Shown: positions 1 through 11,015 of the stretch, in pieces
Layout of the letters: every line of letters begins with the position of its first letter
How positions within the stretch are numbered: position 1 is the stretch's first letter
Assembly (NCBI RefSeq): GCF_001194135.2
Contig: NC_068996.1
Span: 6,480,106 to 6,527,618, forward strand
DNA length: 47,513 nucleotides
Direction: 5' to 3'
Origin: Octopus bimaculoides
Taxonomy: Eukaryota
Translations under genes and position numbers: made by a program
Notes under the pieces: generated by a model
Told to the model about the DNA's origin: nothing
The model's input: the letters and a program-made list of their open reading frames with translations, nothing else
Database searches by the model: none

Positions 1-243
1 GTGCGGGTGGCACATAAAAGACACCATTTCGAGCGTGGCCGTTTTCGTGCGGGGGACACGTAAAAGCACCCACTACACTCTCTGAGTGGTTGGCGTTAGG
101 AAGGGCATCCAGCTGTAGAAACTCTGCCAAATCAGACTGGAGCCTGGTGTTGCCATCCGGTTTCACCAGTCCTCAGTCAAATCGTCCAACCCATGCTAGC
201 ATGGAAAGCGGACGTTAAACGATGATGATGATGATGATGATGA
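1..243 (+). mobile_element. 3' end of RTE-type LINE (or partner element) with (GAT)n tail; young copy
   Basis: Ends GCATGGAAAGCGGACGTTAAAC(GAT)n, matching the 3' UTR of the RTE fragment at 45688-46838; differs at only a few positions from the reverse complement of 47206-47513. Confidence 0.85.
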
Positions 244-954
244 TCCACCCTCAACAGATTATGTACTTGAAATTCTTCTTTGGTTTAAAAAAAACATTTT
301 CTGCCTTTTCAATATTGCCTTCTACATACCTATTGGAAAGCTTGACCTAAGGCACTGCAAGCTAACAGAACATTCATTGATAATATAATGTTGCCACTGC
401 TGAACAGGCCAGACTGTACCCTCATGAAAAGCCTCAGCATAGTCACTTGGTCTACTAGAAATAGCAGCAAAGTTTCCCTTCAACACACTCTCTACAGTCT
501 TAAACTAAACGAGAAGGACACAGGACACATTGGATAATGTAGCCCTGATGGGGGCTATGGTTTGGAAAGAAAATAAATGTTAAGGTCATGGCTGGAGTGT
601 CATGTCAGTGATCATAGGTCTGCTTCATCAGAGTTAAACACCAAACATAGAGAGAGGGTGGGCTGAGTCAGAAATAATTCTCTTGGGAATGGGTGCAATA
701 ATAAAGTATCAGTTGGGTGTTGGCTGACCAACACCCAACTAAGTTTCATGTGCCCTCCAAGTTTATACAAAAATTAAATTCCAGTTTTAATAACATAAAA
801 TAATAAAAAAATTCTCTAATTGAGTTGCATATGAAGGAGATGACAGAATACTTAGATGTGGCACATTGCTGTACTCAAGCAGACTTGAGTCTGCTTGACT
901 CAAAAGAATTGAGATCCACCACAAAACAATTGAGATCCTAAAACCAAAGTGTCA

Positions 955-1160
955 CACAAAAAGCACTGGTGCTGATACCACATAAAAAACACCCAGTACT
1001 CTCTGTAAAGTGGTTGGAGTTAGGAAGGGTATCCAGCCATAAAAACCATGCCAGAACAGACTATGAAACCTGGTGTAGCCCCTGGCCTTGCTAGTTCCTG
1101 TCAAGCCATCCAACCCATACCAGCATGGAAAACGGACATAAAATGTTGACATCCATTTGA
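955..1160 (+). mobile_element. Older RTE 3'-tail copy
   Basis: Contains TAGGAAGGGTATCCAGCC...CCATACCAGCATGGAAAACGGACATAAAATG, homologous to 1-243. Confidence 0.7.
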
Positions 1161-1263
1161 ATAGAAAGAAGATACATGAGAATAAAGAAAGCTTCATAGA
1201 TAATTTGTTAATTTAAATTTAGATTTTTAACGAATAATTTATTTTAAGAGAGTTTTATTGATG

Positions 1264-1420
1264 CAGTGGTTCTCTAACAGTGCAATGCAACACACTTGTG
1301 TACTGCAAGGGATATATATATAGGGATGCCTCAAGGGATATCATAATGTGCCATGGATTTAGTTAATAATATAAATTAAAGGCATTAGAAAATCTATGTT
1401 AATTCTCGAGTGCCTTGTAA
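1264..1420 (+). mobile_element. Possible hAT-type DNA transposon end
   Basis: CAGTGGTTCTCTAAC at 1264 resembles hAT/Charlie terminal repeats; no matching right end found. Confidence 0.3.
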
Positions 1421-1527
1421 AATGTTTTATTCACAATTTTGTGATAAATAAGTATGATTAATAAAACAAGATAGGCAATAGTTTTATATATTTTTCTAAA
1501 TTTTTAACTTTAAAGTATACTTTTGGA

Positions 1528-1569
<42 letters not shown>

Positions 1570-2479
1570 CTTTACACTAGTGGGTTTTTTTTTTTTGATC
1601 GCTGGTGCACTAGCAATAATTCTCAATCTAGTTTAAATCCTCCAATAACATCAGACCCATAACTACATTAGCTTATGATTTTCTTAAATACCCCAGGATA
1701 ATTAACTGTAAACAAGACAAACTTCTTTTAGTCTGCTAAATAATCCTTCTGAAACCAAGTCCAGCCTGAGGTCGCTATTTATTCAGTTATTTAATTATTT
1801 ATTCATTCATTCTGTACTTCCTGCTTTGAAGTGCTCATATCTAAATTAGAACTCTCCACTATCATTTTTATATAAAGAATCTTTTATTTTTATTAAGTTA
1901 TTTTTGCAGCACCAGCTTATGATGCTACTTAAACCAACGAAGGAGCCTGTTGAGACATGAAAAACTCAACATGGCTGTTGAACCAGCTGGAAATAGCAAC
2001 CAAATTTCTCTCACATCACAACCTACTAACTTTGTTTCTCATTCAATATTTTAGATATAGAGATATTACTATGTCTGAAAAAAAAAGTAAAAAAATAAAT
2101 AGTCATGATCAGAATGCCTTTGTGGGTTACCCCATCAAGTTTAAACAACACTAACAACGATAAAGACAACAATCAATAAATAGTTTTTAAAAAATGTTAT
2201 TTTACTAAGATCATTCTAAAATCGTTGTAACTATTGAAATTAATTAAAACTTAAGACAGTGTATTCCATTAGCAATATAGTCATGAAAAGAATAAAATTG
2301 AGTTAACTTTTCCAAGAGACAAAACTACAGTAATGAGAGACTTAAAGCTTGCAACAAAACCTATTTAACCTTTCCAATATCAACTTATTAATTTCAAAAT
2401 GAAATTGATTATGAAAATAAGTATGGCTGCATCATTAAAACGTTTGCTTTGAAACTATGTAATATTGGGTTCAGTCTTA

Positions 2480-2560
2480 CTATTATAGTCCCAGGCCAAC
2501 CAATGCCTTGTGAGGGAATTTGGTGAGAGAAACTCTGTGGAAGCCCATTGTGTGTCTGTG

Positions 2561-2619
<59 letters not shown>

Positions 2620-2815
2620 ATACATTCACACACGCGTGTGGCTTTGTGTCTGTGTTTGTTTCCCACCCCACTGCTTAACAATTGAAGTTGGTCTGTTGAA
2701 GTTCAACAAAAGAGACTGATACAATTAAGTACCAAGGTCAATTTGTTTGACTAAACGCTTCAAGGCAGTGCTCCAACATGGCCTCAGTTCAATGACTGAA
2801 ACAAGTAAAAGAAGA
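2480..2815 (+). mobile_element. 5'-truncated tRNA-SINE type A with internal (TG)n
   Basis: Contains CCTTGTGAGGGAATTTGGT...AAGCCC, the (TG)n spacer and the tail GGCAGTGCTCCAACATGGCC...TGACTGAAACAAGTAAAAG shared with full copies. Confidence 0.75.
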
Positions 2816-3529
2816 ATCTTATTTCACAAGAAATTATGGTATTGGAAGCTTAAAAGCAGCAGTTAAATTCACACTGAACCAAAACTGGTGGGACAGACAG
2901 TATTACTTTATTCTTTCTGTTACTTTTTCCTGTAAATAGAATTCTTGCAGACACAGACTACTACCTGTCCCCTTGAACTGTGTTTTATCTCATTAGAATT
3001 TGAGTATTTGAAAGGTTAATACAGTAGCTACATTATCTTTGAGACAAAACTGCTAGGACAGTCTAAGTAAGATAAGTGGAAGAGTCAAGGCTTGAAATAA
3101 AACTCAAACACTTTTGAAGTTTTAGTACTAAAGTGCTGCTATTGAAATGGACTATTCTTGTTTCAATTAATATTCAAAATAGTAAAGAATGTAATGAAAT
3201 AACTTTATCGTAGTTAACTTTTGTTTTAAATATAAATCAAGATGAAAAATCAATGAAAGCTTTTAAATTAGGTCCCCCCACCCTTAAAGTGGAAAGTTTG
3301 TATCAGAGTACCAAGAGCAGTTTCAGACAGTTGTTACCAAAAGGATTATAATATAACTAATGAAGTTTTACAGTTGTTCAAAACTGCATCTGGTGTTTGT
3401 GGGTATTCAAGCTGTAAGAGATAGCAACCAAATCTGTCCTGAATCACACACCCTACCATCTGAAGGATAGATTAGATAATTTACATTATTTATATTTGAC
3501 GGATATTTATCCTCATCTTGTTTGTTGTT

Positions 3530-3575
3530 AACACAACGTTTCGGCTGATAGACCATCCAGCCTTCATCAGGTGTC
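3530..3575 (-). ncRNA. Minimal type I hammerhead ribozyme with intact catalytic core
   Basis: Minus strand reads GACAC CUGAUGA A GGCUG-GAUGGUCUAU-CAGCC GAA ACGU U|GUGUU. Stem I is GACAC/GUGUU, stem II is GGCUG/CAGCC, stem III is the loopless palindrome ACGU. Predicted cleavage is between 3535 and 3534. Confidence 0.8.
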
Positions 3576-3652
3576 TTGGGGAAATTTCGAACCTGGGTTC
3601 TCATTCCTAGGGTATTTTTTGATGTTATTATTATTATTATTATTCAGGTCAC

Positions 3653-3718
3653 TGCCTGGAATTGAACTCAGAATCTTGGGGTTAGTAGCCCACGCTTTGA
3701 ACCACTACGCCATATGCC
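3653..3718 (-). promoter_or_regulatory. tRNA-derived head with internal Pol III promoter
   Basis: A box TGGCGTAGTGG (3712-3702) and B box GTTCAATTCC (3667-3658) at tRNA-like spacing; the acceptor stem does not form. Confidence 0.7.
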
Positions 3719-3793
3719 TGTGACCTGAATAATAATAACAACAACATTGAAAAATACCTTAGGAATGAGAACCCAGGTTCAAAATTTCCCCAA

Positions 3794-3836
3794 GACACCT
3801 GATGAAGGCTGGAAGGTATATCAGCAGAAAATTGTT
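3794..3836 (+). ncRNA. Degenerate hammerhead ribozyme in the inverted arm of copy A
   Basis: GACAC CTGATGA A GGCTG...CAGCA GAAAATTGTT: C11.1 is changed to A and the ACGT stem III / cleavage site is deleted. Confidence 0.65.
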
Positions 3837-5239
3837 AACAACAAACAAGATGAGGACAAATATCCGTCAAATGTAAATAATGTACATAATTCCTCATCTC
3901 TTAAATATAGAACCAGATTAGATAATGTTCTACATATTTATGGCTAAATTGTCTTTGTTCACATGTCTCCTCAATTAGCGCAGACCCTTGGGCTTAAAGA
4001 ACTACAACCAGCTTCACTGGTAAACTATGTTGTTGATCAGCTTACTGGAAATAATAGCCAAATCATCCTGAAATCAGAGTAATTTGGCTGTTTATGTTGT
4101 GATGTCAGATAACAAGAAAGAAAAAGAAAGGATACATTGGATAATACAAAATACATTCTGGTCATAAACAGAATGTCTTTGATCGTCTGTGTTCATTCAA
4201 GGATGACCAAAAGCTAAATAATAACAACCACTACTAAGAGTTATCCTAATGTCCCTTGAGGTTTGACCTTTTTTTTGTCTTTTTTTTTTTGTCAAGGATT
4301 AAATCAAAAGACATTCATCCCTCACCTCATCTGGAATAAGATCACTTAAATCTTGTTGGTGTTTTGCCCATGGTCAATTCTGACTGAGCAGGCCCATAAT
4401 CAAAGGCTTTCCAGTCATGACTATTATATCTCTTCGGGGTTATATAGGATTTCAGTGTCTAAAGTAAACTTTTTTTATTTATGTAACCCAAGATGGCATA
4501 CTACTCTCACATCTGAGATTGTGATATAAAACATTATACGTATCAATTTAAAACTGAATAAGAAACAGTTCCAATGGTGAAACTCAAAACTATGTACCTA
4601 TTGTTTATTAGGCAGTGCCAAATTTCAACATTACAATTTTCATAACTAATAAATGCTTTTCCCCACATGCTACACTTTTTAATTCTTTCTATACCAATTC
4701 CACCCAAGCCAACACCTCTCATTCTACAGTACAAAAATCTCTCAATTTGAAGTATTTATATCTAAATTAAAACCACCCATCATAACTTTATCTCAGAACT
4801 TTCTCCTTTGTTTTTACCAGGCCAGTTCCGAGTTTGGGTGTTCAGGTAGGCCACTTGGCATGGGACCAATGGTTTTGTGGGAATCTTCACTCACTAGTTA
4901 GAAACGAAGGGCAGACCACTTTGGGAATGAATTAGCTGTTTTCACAAATTGTTCTAATTCTTTCATTCTGTTCTATATAAGTACATCACTACATGTATAT
5001 GTATATATTTGTAAGCCAAACATAAACAATGTGTATTCAGCACAAATTACTAAAATATTTCAAAGATTAATTTTAAACACGTTCTATATTTCTACAGTCC
5101 ATATCTGGTTTGGGCCTATAACTTGAAATGAGACCTACATTTCACATTTGGCCTGTACACTGATATCTTTCATTATAAATATGATTACAAAAACGATTAA
5201 CTGATTAACTCACGAAATATCTTTCAATCTGTTTGTGTA

Positions 5240-5572
5240 GATTTGGGAATAGCTGTGTGATCAAGAAGCTCAGTTTGCAACCACATACCTTTTGGATTCA
5301 GTTCAATTGCACAGTACCTTGGATAAGTATCTTCTACTAGAGTCCCAGGCTGACCAATACCTTGTGAATGAATTTGATGGAAGGAAAGTGTATGTGTGTA
5401 TCTTTGTACCCCACCAATAATTTGACAGTTGATGTACATCCCTGTAACCTGGCAGTTCAGCAAAAGAGAATAAGAACCAAACTTAAAAGATAAATAAGTA
5501 TTGGGGTTGCTTTGTTTGACTAAATTCTTCAAGGCAGTGCCCCAACATGGCCACAGTCCAATGACTGGAACA
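5240..5572 (+). mobile_element. Diverged tRNA-SINE type A
   Basis: Head AGCTGTGTGATCAAGAAGCTCAGTTTGCAACCACAT and tail GGCAGTGCCCCAACATGGCCACAGTCCAATGACTG. Confidence 0.7.
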
Positions 5573-5574
5573 AT

Positions 5575-5860
5575 CGTTCATCGTTTAACGTCCGCTTTCC
5601 ATGCTAGCATGAGTTGGACAATTTGAGTGAGGACTGGTGAACCAGATGGCTGCACCAAGCTCCAATCTGATTTGGCAGTTTCTACAGCTGGATGCCCTTC
5701 CTAATGCCAACCACTCCGATAGTGTAGTGAGTGCTTTTACGTGCCACCGACACGAGGGCCAGTCAGGCGGTACTAGCAACAGCCATGCTCAAATGGTGTT
5801 TTTTATGTGCCACCCGCACAAGAGCCAGTCCAGCGGCACTGGCAACGACCTTGCTCAAAG
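5575..5860 (-). mobile_element. RTE 3'-tail copy about 50 nt from the giant exon's donor site
   Basis: ATCGTTTAACGTCCGCTTTCCATGCTAGCATG... is the reverse complement of the tail at 1-243. Confidence 0.85.
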
Positions 5861-5911
5861 AAAAATCATAAAAGAACATAACATCTATTTAAGAAAATTA
5901 CAATTACTTAC

Positions 5912-8900
5912 AATGGAGCAGTGAAGATAGACTTCTTGAAGGCATGGTCATTACTGGTATAACTTCTTCGCCGAGAATTCTTTAATCTGTCGTAACTGTC
6001 ACTCTGAGGATTTATTAATTGCTGAGGGTTCCATCCATCTTCAAGTGTATTCTTAGCAGACATTTCCTGAGTTTGAGTTGAAGTTACATCTAAGTTACTT
6101 GTGTAGCTCCTTAATGGATAAATTGTTTCGGAAATTGTTCGGTTCATGTTGCGTTGATTAGCAACACTGCTCTGATATGCCTTTTTAGGGGCTGGACCTT
6201 GCGGTACAGCAAACTTATCTTCATCACCTAGCTTTACAGACAAAGGCAAACTGTCACTACGTCCATGTACAATAGAGGTAGCTGCCTGGGTATTGTGACT
6301 CGAGTTACTCATACCTTCACCTTGCATAGACTGACCCATTTCATTTAAACCCTCTCTTACACGTGACTTTCTCAGGACATGATCCCATTTTGAATCAAAT
6401 TTACTATCATTTTCAGATATTTCTAATAGGTCTTTGCTTTCAAATGGATATTGTTTATAATTAACAAGTGGTCTTTCTGACAATGCAGCTTCTGTCTCAT
6501 CATACATTCCAAAAGCTTTTTTCATTGATGCCCTGCGTGTAGCAGTAATTTGTGATGAAGAAATCTGTTCACCGGATTGGTTGGAAGCTGAAGGATTTTT
6601 ATCTTCGTTATGCTTTCGGAATATAGAGGTTTGACTGCCAGGAAAACTTGACCAATCTTGACCATAAGCACTTTTTTTGCTGTCTAACACAGAAGTCGAA
6701 CTGTGAAATTTTTTAAATTTGCTTGCATCGAGTTTGGTAGAAGCTGAAGATTCATGCATTAAAGGCAGTGGTGTAGTTGATAATGCATACAAATCCTGTG
6801 TTTTTTGTGGAACTGCATAGCTAGTAACTTGAGCTCTAAATTTCTCTGGCATACCTAGGTCTTGTAGAGTAGATGATGTTCTGTTTGCATTACTGGTGTC
6901 TGAAGTATAATTGGCTCCGGAATTTTGCTGTTTATAAGAATTTGGAATCTTTTCTTTTTTTGGTAAATGATAACTTTGATTAGGTTGACACTCAAGTGAT
7001 TGGTCCTCTTTAGATTCAAAAAAAGGAGTTGTAGCTTGACTGTTAAAATGTTGATTTGCTGAGACTGGATAATGTTTTTGTGTCTCCCAAGAGGTGCTTG
7101 ACTGGTTTGGGAAGCTAAAGCAATTAGGTCTAGAAGATGTAGTTGACTCAGGTTGTGAGACTTTAATTACAAGACTACTGTTGGAATCAGCATGTTTTAG
7201 GCCTTGTGTTAACGTTTCTTGTGATGCAGACAAATTTGAGGATGATGTGCTAATAGGTGGAACATTGCCTTGTCTGAATGCTTGCATATAAAATTCTTCT
7301 GAAAGCTTTCTGAGAATGGGAGCTGTACTTGGTACATAGTCTTGGTAACCAGATAATAAATTCTCAACTGTGACCGGTCGTCTAACTTCTGATTCCGATG
7401 CAGATCTTTGTTTTGGTTGTTTATTTGATTCTAGATTAAATTTCAAAGAATTCATATCACTGATTTGATCCCTTTTTTCTTCTAAAAGTGATGCTTGGTT
7501 TCTAAACTCAGTAACATGATCTGCCAATGCCTCACTATGAGGTCTGCGCATTGGTTGATAAGCTCTTGAATAATTAACATTTAAGTCCCCTTCAACTGCA
7601 GCTTGCAGTCCAGCAGACTGCACAACCTTGGATTGGGCTGAATTGAAATCAGAATCTTTACTATCTGTCAGTGGAGCGGTTTGCAAACTGTTTTCATGGC
7701 TAAAATCTTTTTCTAGGCCCACTTGTACTCCCGCACTTTTCATCTTTGACAATTCTGTATTCCTGCCTGTATTTGACAATGCTTGAGTGATGGGAAATAC
7801 TAACTCTGTTTGAGTGCTAGTGTTGTAATAAGGTGTTTGTTTGATTATATAAGTTGATGAAGAACCTGTAGTGCTTTTTACATCACCCAACTTAAAATTG
7901 TTGTTTGTAGCATATTTTTCTCCACTTATCATGATAGGATTTGTGACCAAATTACCATAAATTTTAGAATCTGTCTCAGACCTAGGTCTCATACTATTAT
8001 CTTTTTCATCTTCAGAAGTAGAGAACATTTTCTTTTGCTCTTCCTCAGGTAAAGAAGTCTGGGTATCTCTATGAAGGTTAAGATTAGAAGTAGAAGAAGA
8101 GGAGGATAACTGGGGCCAGTTCATGATTAAAGGGCTAATTGGGGAAGTTTGTTGACTATGTGATAGCATAGTTTTGTTTGAAGTCTTTTCATTTACAGAG
8201 GACATCATTTTGGGGACAGGGATATCTCGTTCAGGTGGAGAAGGAACATTATATTCAGCATCGCCTAAATTGTGACCATCAGAATCGAATCTTGGAGGGG
8301 GATATCCAGGTTTAGAATTATAAAATTCTTTAAATCGCATCGATGACTTTGGTTTATGGTAATGTTTATTGCCAGCATAGCTGTCATCAGGAGTGTTCTC
8401 AGTATCACGTTTTTGAAATAGAGGAGTATTTCCTTGTTTAGCTGAAGACAGAGATTTGTGTTCTGCTAACATAGGAGTTGAGGAAGACCAAGTTTGTGAC
8501 TGCTTAGATACAGCAATAGTGTATGGCTCACAAGGAATTTTACTATGGACAGTAACTGGCCATGATGGAGATTTTTCATGACCAGTTCCTTGAACAGAAA
8601 ATTCAAAATCAGAATTTTCAGAGTTTAGAGATTCATAAGATTGTACAGTTGATGGATTTTGTGAGAACCCTGTTTTTAATCCAAACTCAAAAGCTTTGCT
8701 TTGGAGCTGGGTAAGTGTGTAAGGAACTTCATCAGAGTGTCTTCGATCTTCAGGTACTCGTACCAACTCTTGATTTTCAGACTTAGGTCTCAAATCCGAA
8801 TTTTTAAGATTATGTTTCTTTAAAGGATAGTTTGAATCCATATAGTCATTTGATAGGTTCTTATCCACATTTCTTCTAATTTCATTAGATTTAAATTGTT

Positions 8901-9309
8901 TATCTCTATTGAAAAACAATAATTTATCTCTAAAAGTAGAATTCCCTTCAGTGTTATAGTCTTTCTTTGATTCTCCTCTGTAATCAGTGATCAGATCAGG
9001 CTGTTGCCAAGTTTCTTGATAATGCTTACTACGTTTAAGCCATTTGTGATGATCGGATACTGACAGCCGATCGACTTGCTCGTTTGTCACAGATTTTAAT
9101 TGTAACTTTGATAAGTCAGAGTAACTCTTACTCTTTTCTTCGTAAGGCCAAGCAAATTCAGGTTTTATTTCATTCGATTTTACTGATGAAACTGACCACA
9201 CCTTATGTTTGGGACTGCTAAGAACTAATCTTGTATTTGCTGAAGTTAAACCATAAATATTTCTGGCAGCTTTTGTTAAACCATAACCATGATCACAGTT
9301 ACTGCAATG
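5912..9309 (-). CDS. Giant internal coding exon (3398 nt, phase 0 in, phase 2 out) of a large low-complexity, probably disordered scaffold-like protein; family not identified (Shroom-like central region is an unverified guess)
   Basis: The stop-free frame extends 36 codons upstream of the track's GTG (HCSNCDHGYG...SPKHK) to a pyrimidine tract plus AG (tttttcTAG|CAT, AG at 9311-9310), where the TAG is an in-frame stop. The frame ends at CCATT|GTAAGT (donor at 5911); the 'stop' TAA lies inside the donor. A 3.4 kb open frame in about 35% GC DNA is very unlikely by chance. Confidence 0.9.
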
Positions 9310-10289
9310 CTAGAAAAAGAAATAAAAATGTCAATTTAAATTTCAGCTAAATTTAAAAGAAAAGCAAGAGAAAGAAAACTGATTTTAAATTTGGTTTTCT
9401 CCTTTCTTACATTATTTTTGTTAAAATAAAATAAATTAAGAGTAAATTAATCAATTTTAAAATCCTAATTGGATACAATGTTATGTTGTTTTTACAATGT
9501 GACTTTAGAAGAAAATTAGGAAATTAGTTAGATATACATATTTATGTTTAGTGAGATTCTATATATATATATATATATAGATAGATAGAGAGAGTTAATG
9601 AAATAAATACTACCAAAAATAAACAAACCAACTTCTAATTATATAACATATGAAAGAACAATTAAAAAATATATGCTTCCTTAAATGAATCCTTTTACAT
9701 ACATATAGCAGTAAATATATATGTACATGCATAGTTATGTGGTTGAGAAGTTTGCTTTGTAAATATGAGGCAGTGGAGTTCAATTCCACAGCCGGGCAAA
9801 TGTCAAATGTAGACACAGGTGGACCAAACTTTGTGAGTGGAATTTGGTAGATGGAAGCTTGTGTGTGTGCATGTGTTTATAAAGTTACCAGGTGACGCGT
9901 TGTTGTATTGTCCCATATATGTCCTGTAACTCGGTCACTTGATAAAATAAATACTATAATACTTGGGTTGACAGAGTTGACTAAACCTTTAAAGATATTA
10001 CAGCAAAAGAATATATACGCATATTCATACATAGACACACTAATACATATGTCTGCATGTACATGTATATATAACCTCCAACCAGTTTTCTTTCAGTCTC
10101 TTCCTATACCCCTTTGATGAAGGACTAACAGTAGAAATGTCAAGACTCTCCTTTTAAAGATTAAGTTAAAACATTTGATACAACTTGTCCCCCTTGTGTT
10201 GTTTTTAGTTACTTATAAATTAATTTTTTATTGCTTTCATAATTTTATATAAATATACACATACATATAAAATATATACACACACACAT

Positions 10290-11015
10290 CTCTCTCTCTT
10301 CGGTCTGTTGGTGCCTTTAATTGGCACAACGAGCAGTCAACGATCACCAATTATCTCCGTCTCTGGCCAACTAGTAAGTTTCTTCCCAGGTGATATTCAG
10401 TCTGCACAGGTCCTCTTTGAAGGTACTATACCATTCCTTCCTTGGCCGGCCTCTTTTTCTCTTACCTTCCAGTAGCATCCAGCCCATGGCTGTTTTGGCA
10501 AGCCTCTCCTGTGGCAGTCTTAGTATGTGTCCAGCCATTCTCATTTATCATTCGGTTACAATTACATGCAACAGCCTTACTCTAGCTGCTTGGAGGATGG
10601 CTTCATTTGTCACTCTGTCTCAATAAGTGATTCTTAGGATCTTTCTGAGGAACCGCTGATGAAACATGTCAAATTGGCAGGTGATTTTTGCTGTCATCTT
10701 CCAATTCTCAGCTGCACAGATCGCAGTATTGCTGATTCATACAGATGAATCTTCAGCTCTATTCTTATGTTATTGCTACACCAAAGTGTTGCCAGACTAC
10801 TAAATACTGCCACTGTCTTGCCAATTCTGCAGCTTACATCTGTCTCTACATCGCTGTTGCTTGTCGCTATGTTTCCCAGATATGTGAAGCCTGTAACTTC
10901 TTCAACTGGTTCTTGTCCAACTTTCACTGGTACACTTTCTACATGTTTCCCAACTTACACTACCTTTGTCTTTTGACTGCTTATTCTCAACCCAGTCTTT
11001 GCTGCTCCCTTTTCC
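10290..11015 (-). mobile_element. Decayed RTE-clade LINE, 3' part of ORF2 (end of RT domain to C-terminus), distinct from the (GAT)n family
   Basis: Translates to KTGLRISSQKTKV...VEEVTGFTYLG...DVSCRIGK...KRKRGRPRKEW with stops and frameshifts; ends in a (GA)n tract. Confidence 0.85.

Larger units (their letters stand above)
3481..3913 (-). mobile_element. Composite palindromic non-autonomous retroelement, copy A: inverted 3' arm (3720-3913) + tRNA-like head (3653-3718) + hammerhead-bearing body (3481-3652)
   Basis: 3481-3652 and 3720-3913 are reverse complements over about 170 nt. The spacer read on minus is GGCATATGGCGTAGTGGTT...GAGTTCAATTCCAGG with A and B boxes. A second copy lies at 32372-32757. 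Confidence 0.85.

Noticed and set aside
4800-4985. Possible next exon on minus (…MKELEQFVKT… or …SEDSHKTIGPMP…)
   Set aside because: Weak pyrimidine tracts; one candidate has the wrong phase for the phase-2 donor and the other soon hits a stop; no independent support.
5908-9201. Track ORF as a complete intronless 1097-aa gene starting at GTG
   Set aside because: The frame is open up to a splice acceptor at 9310 and the stop overlaps a GTAAGT donor, so it is better read as an internal exon.
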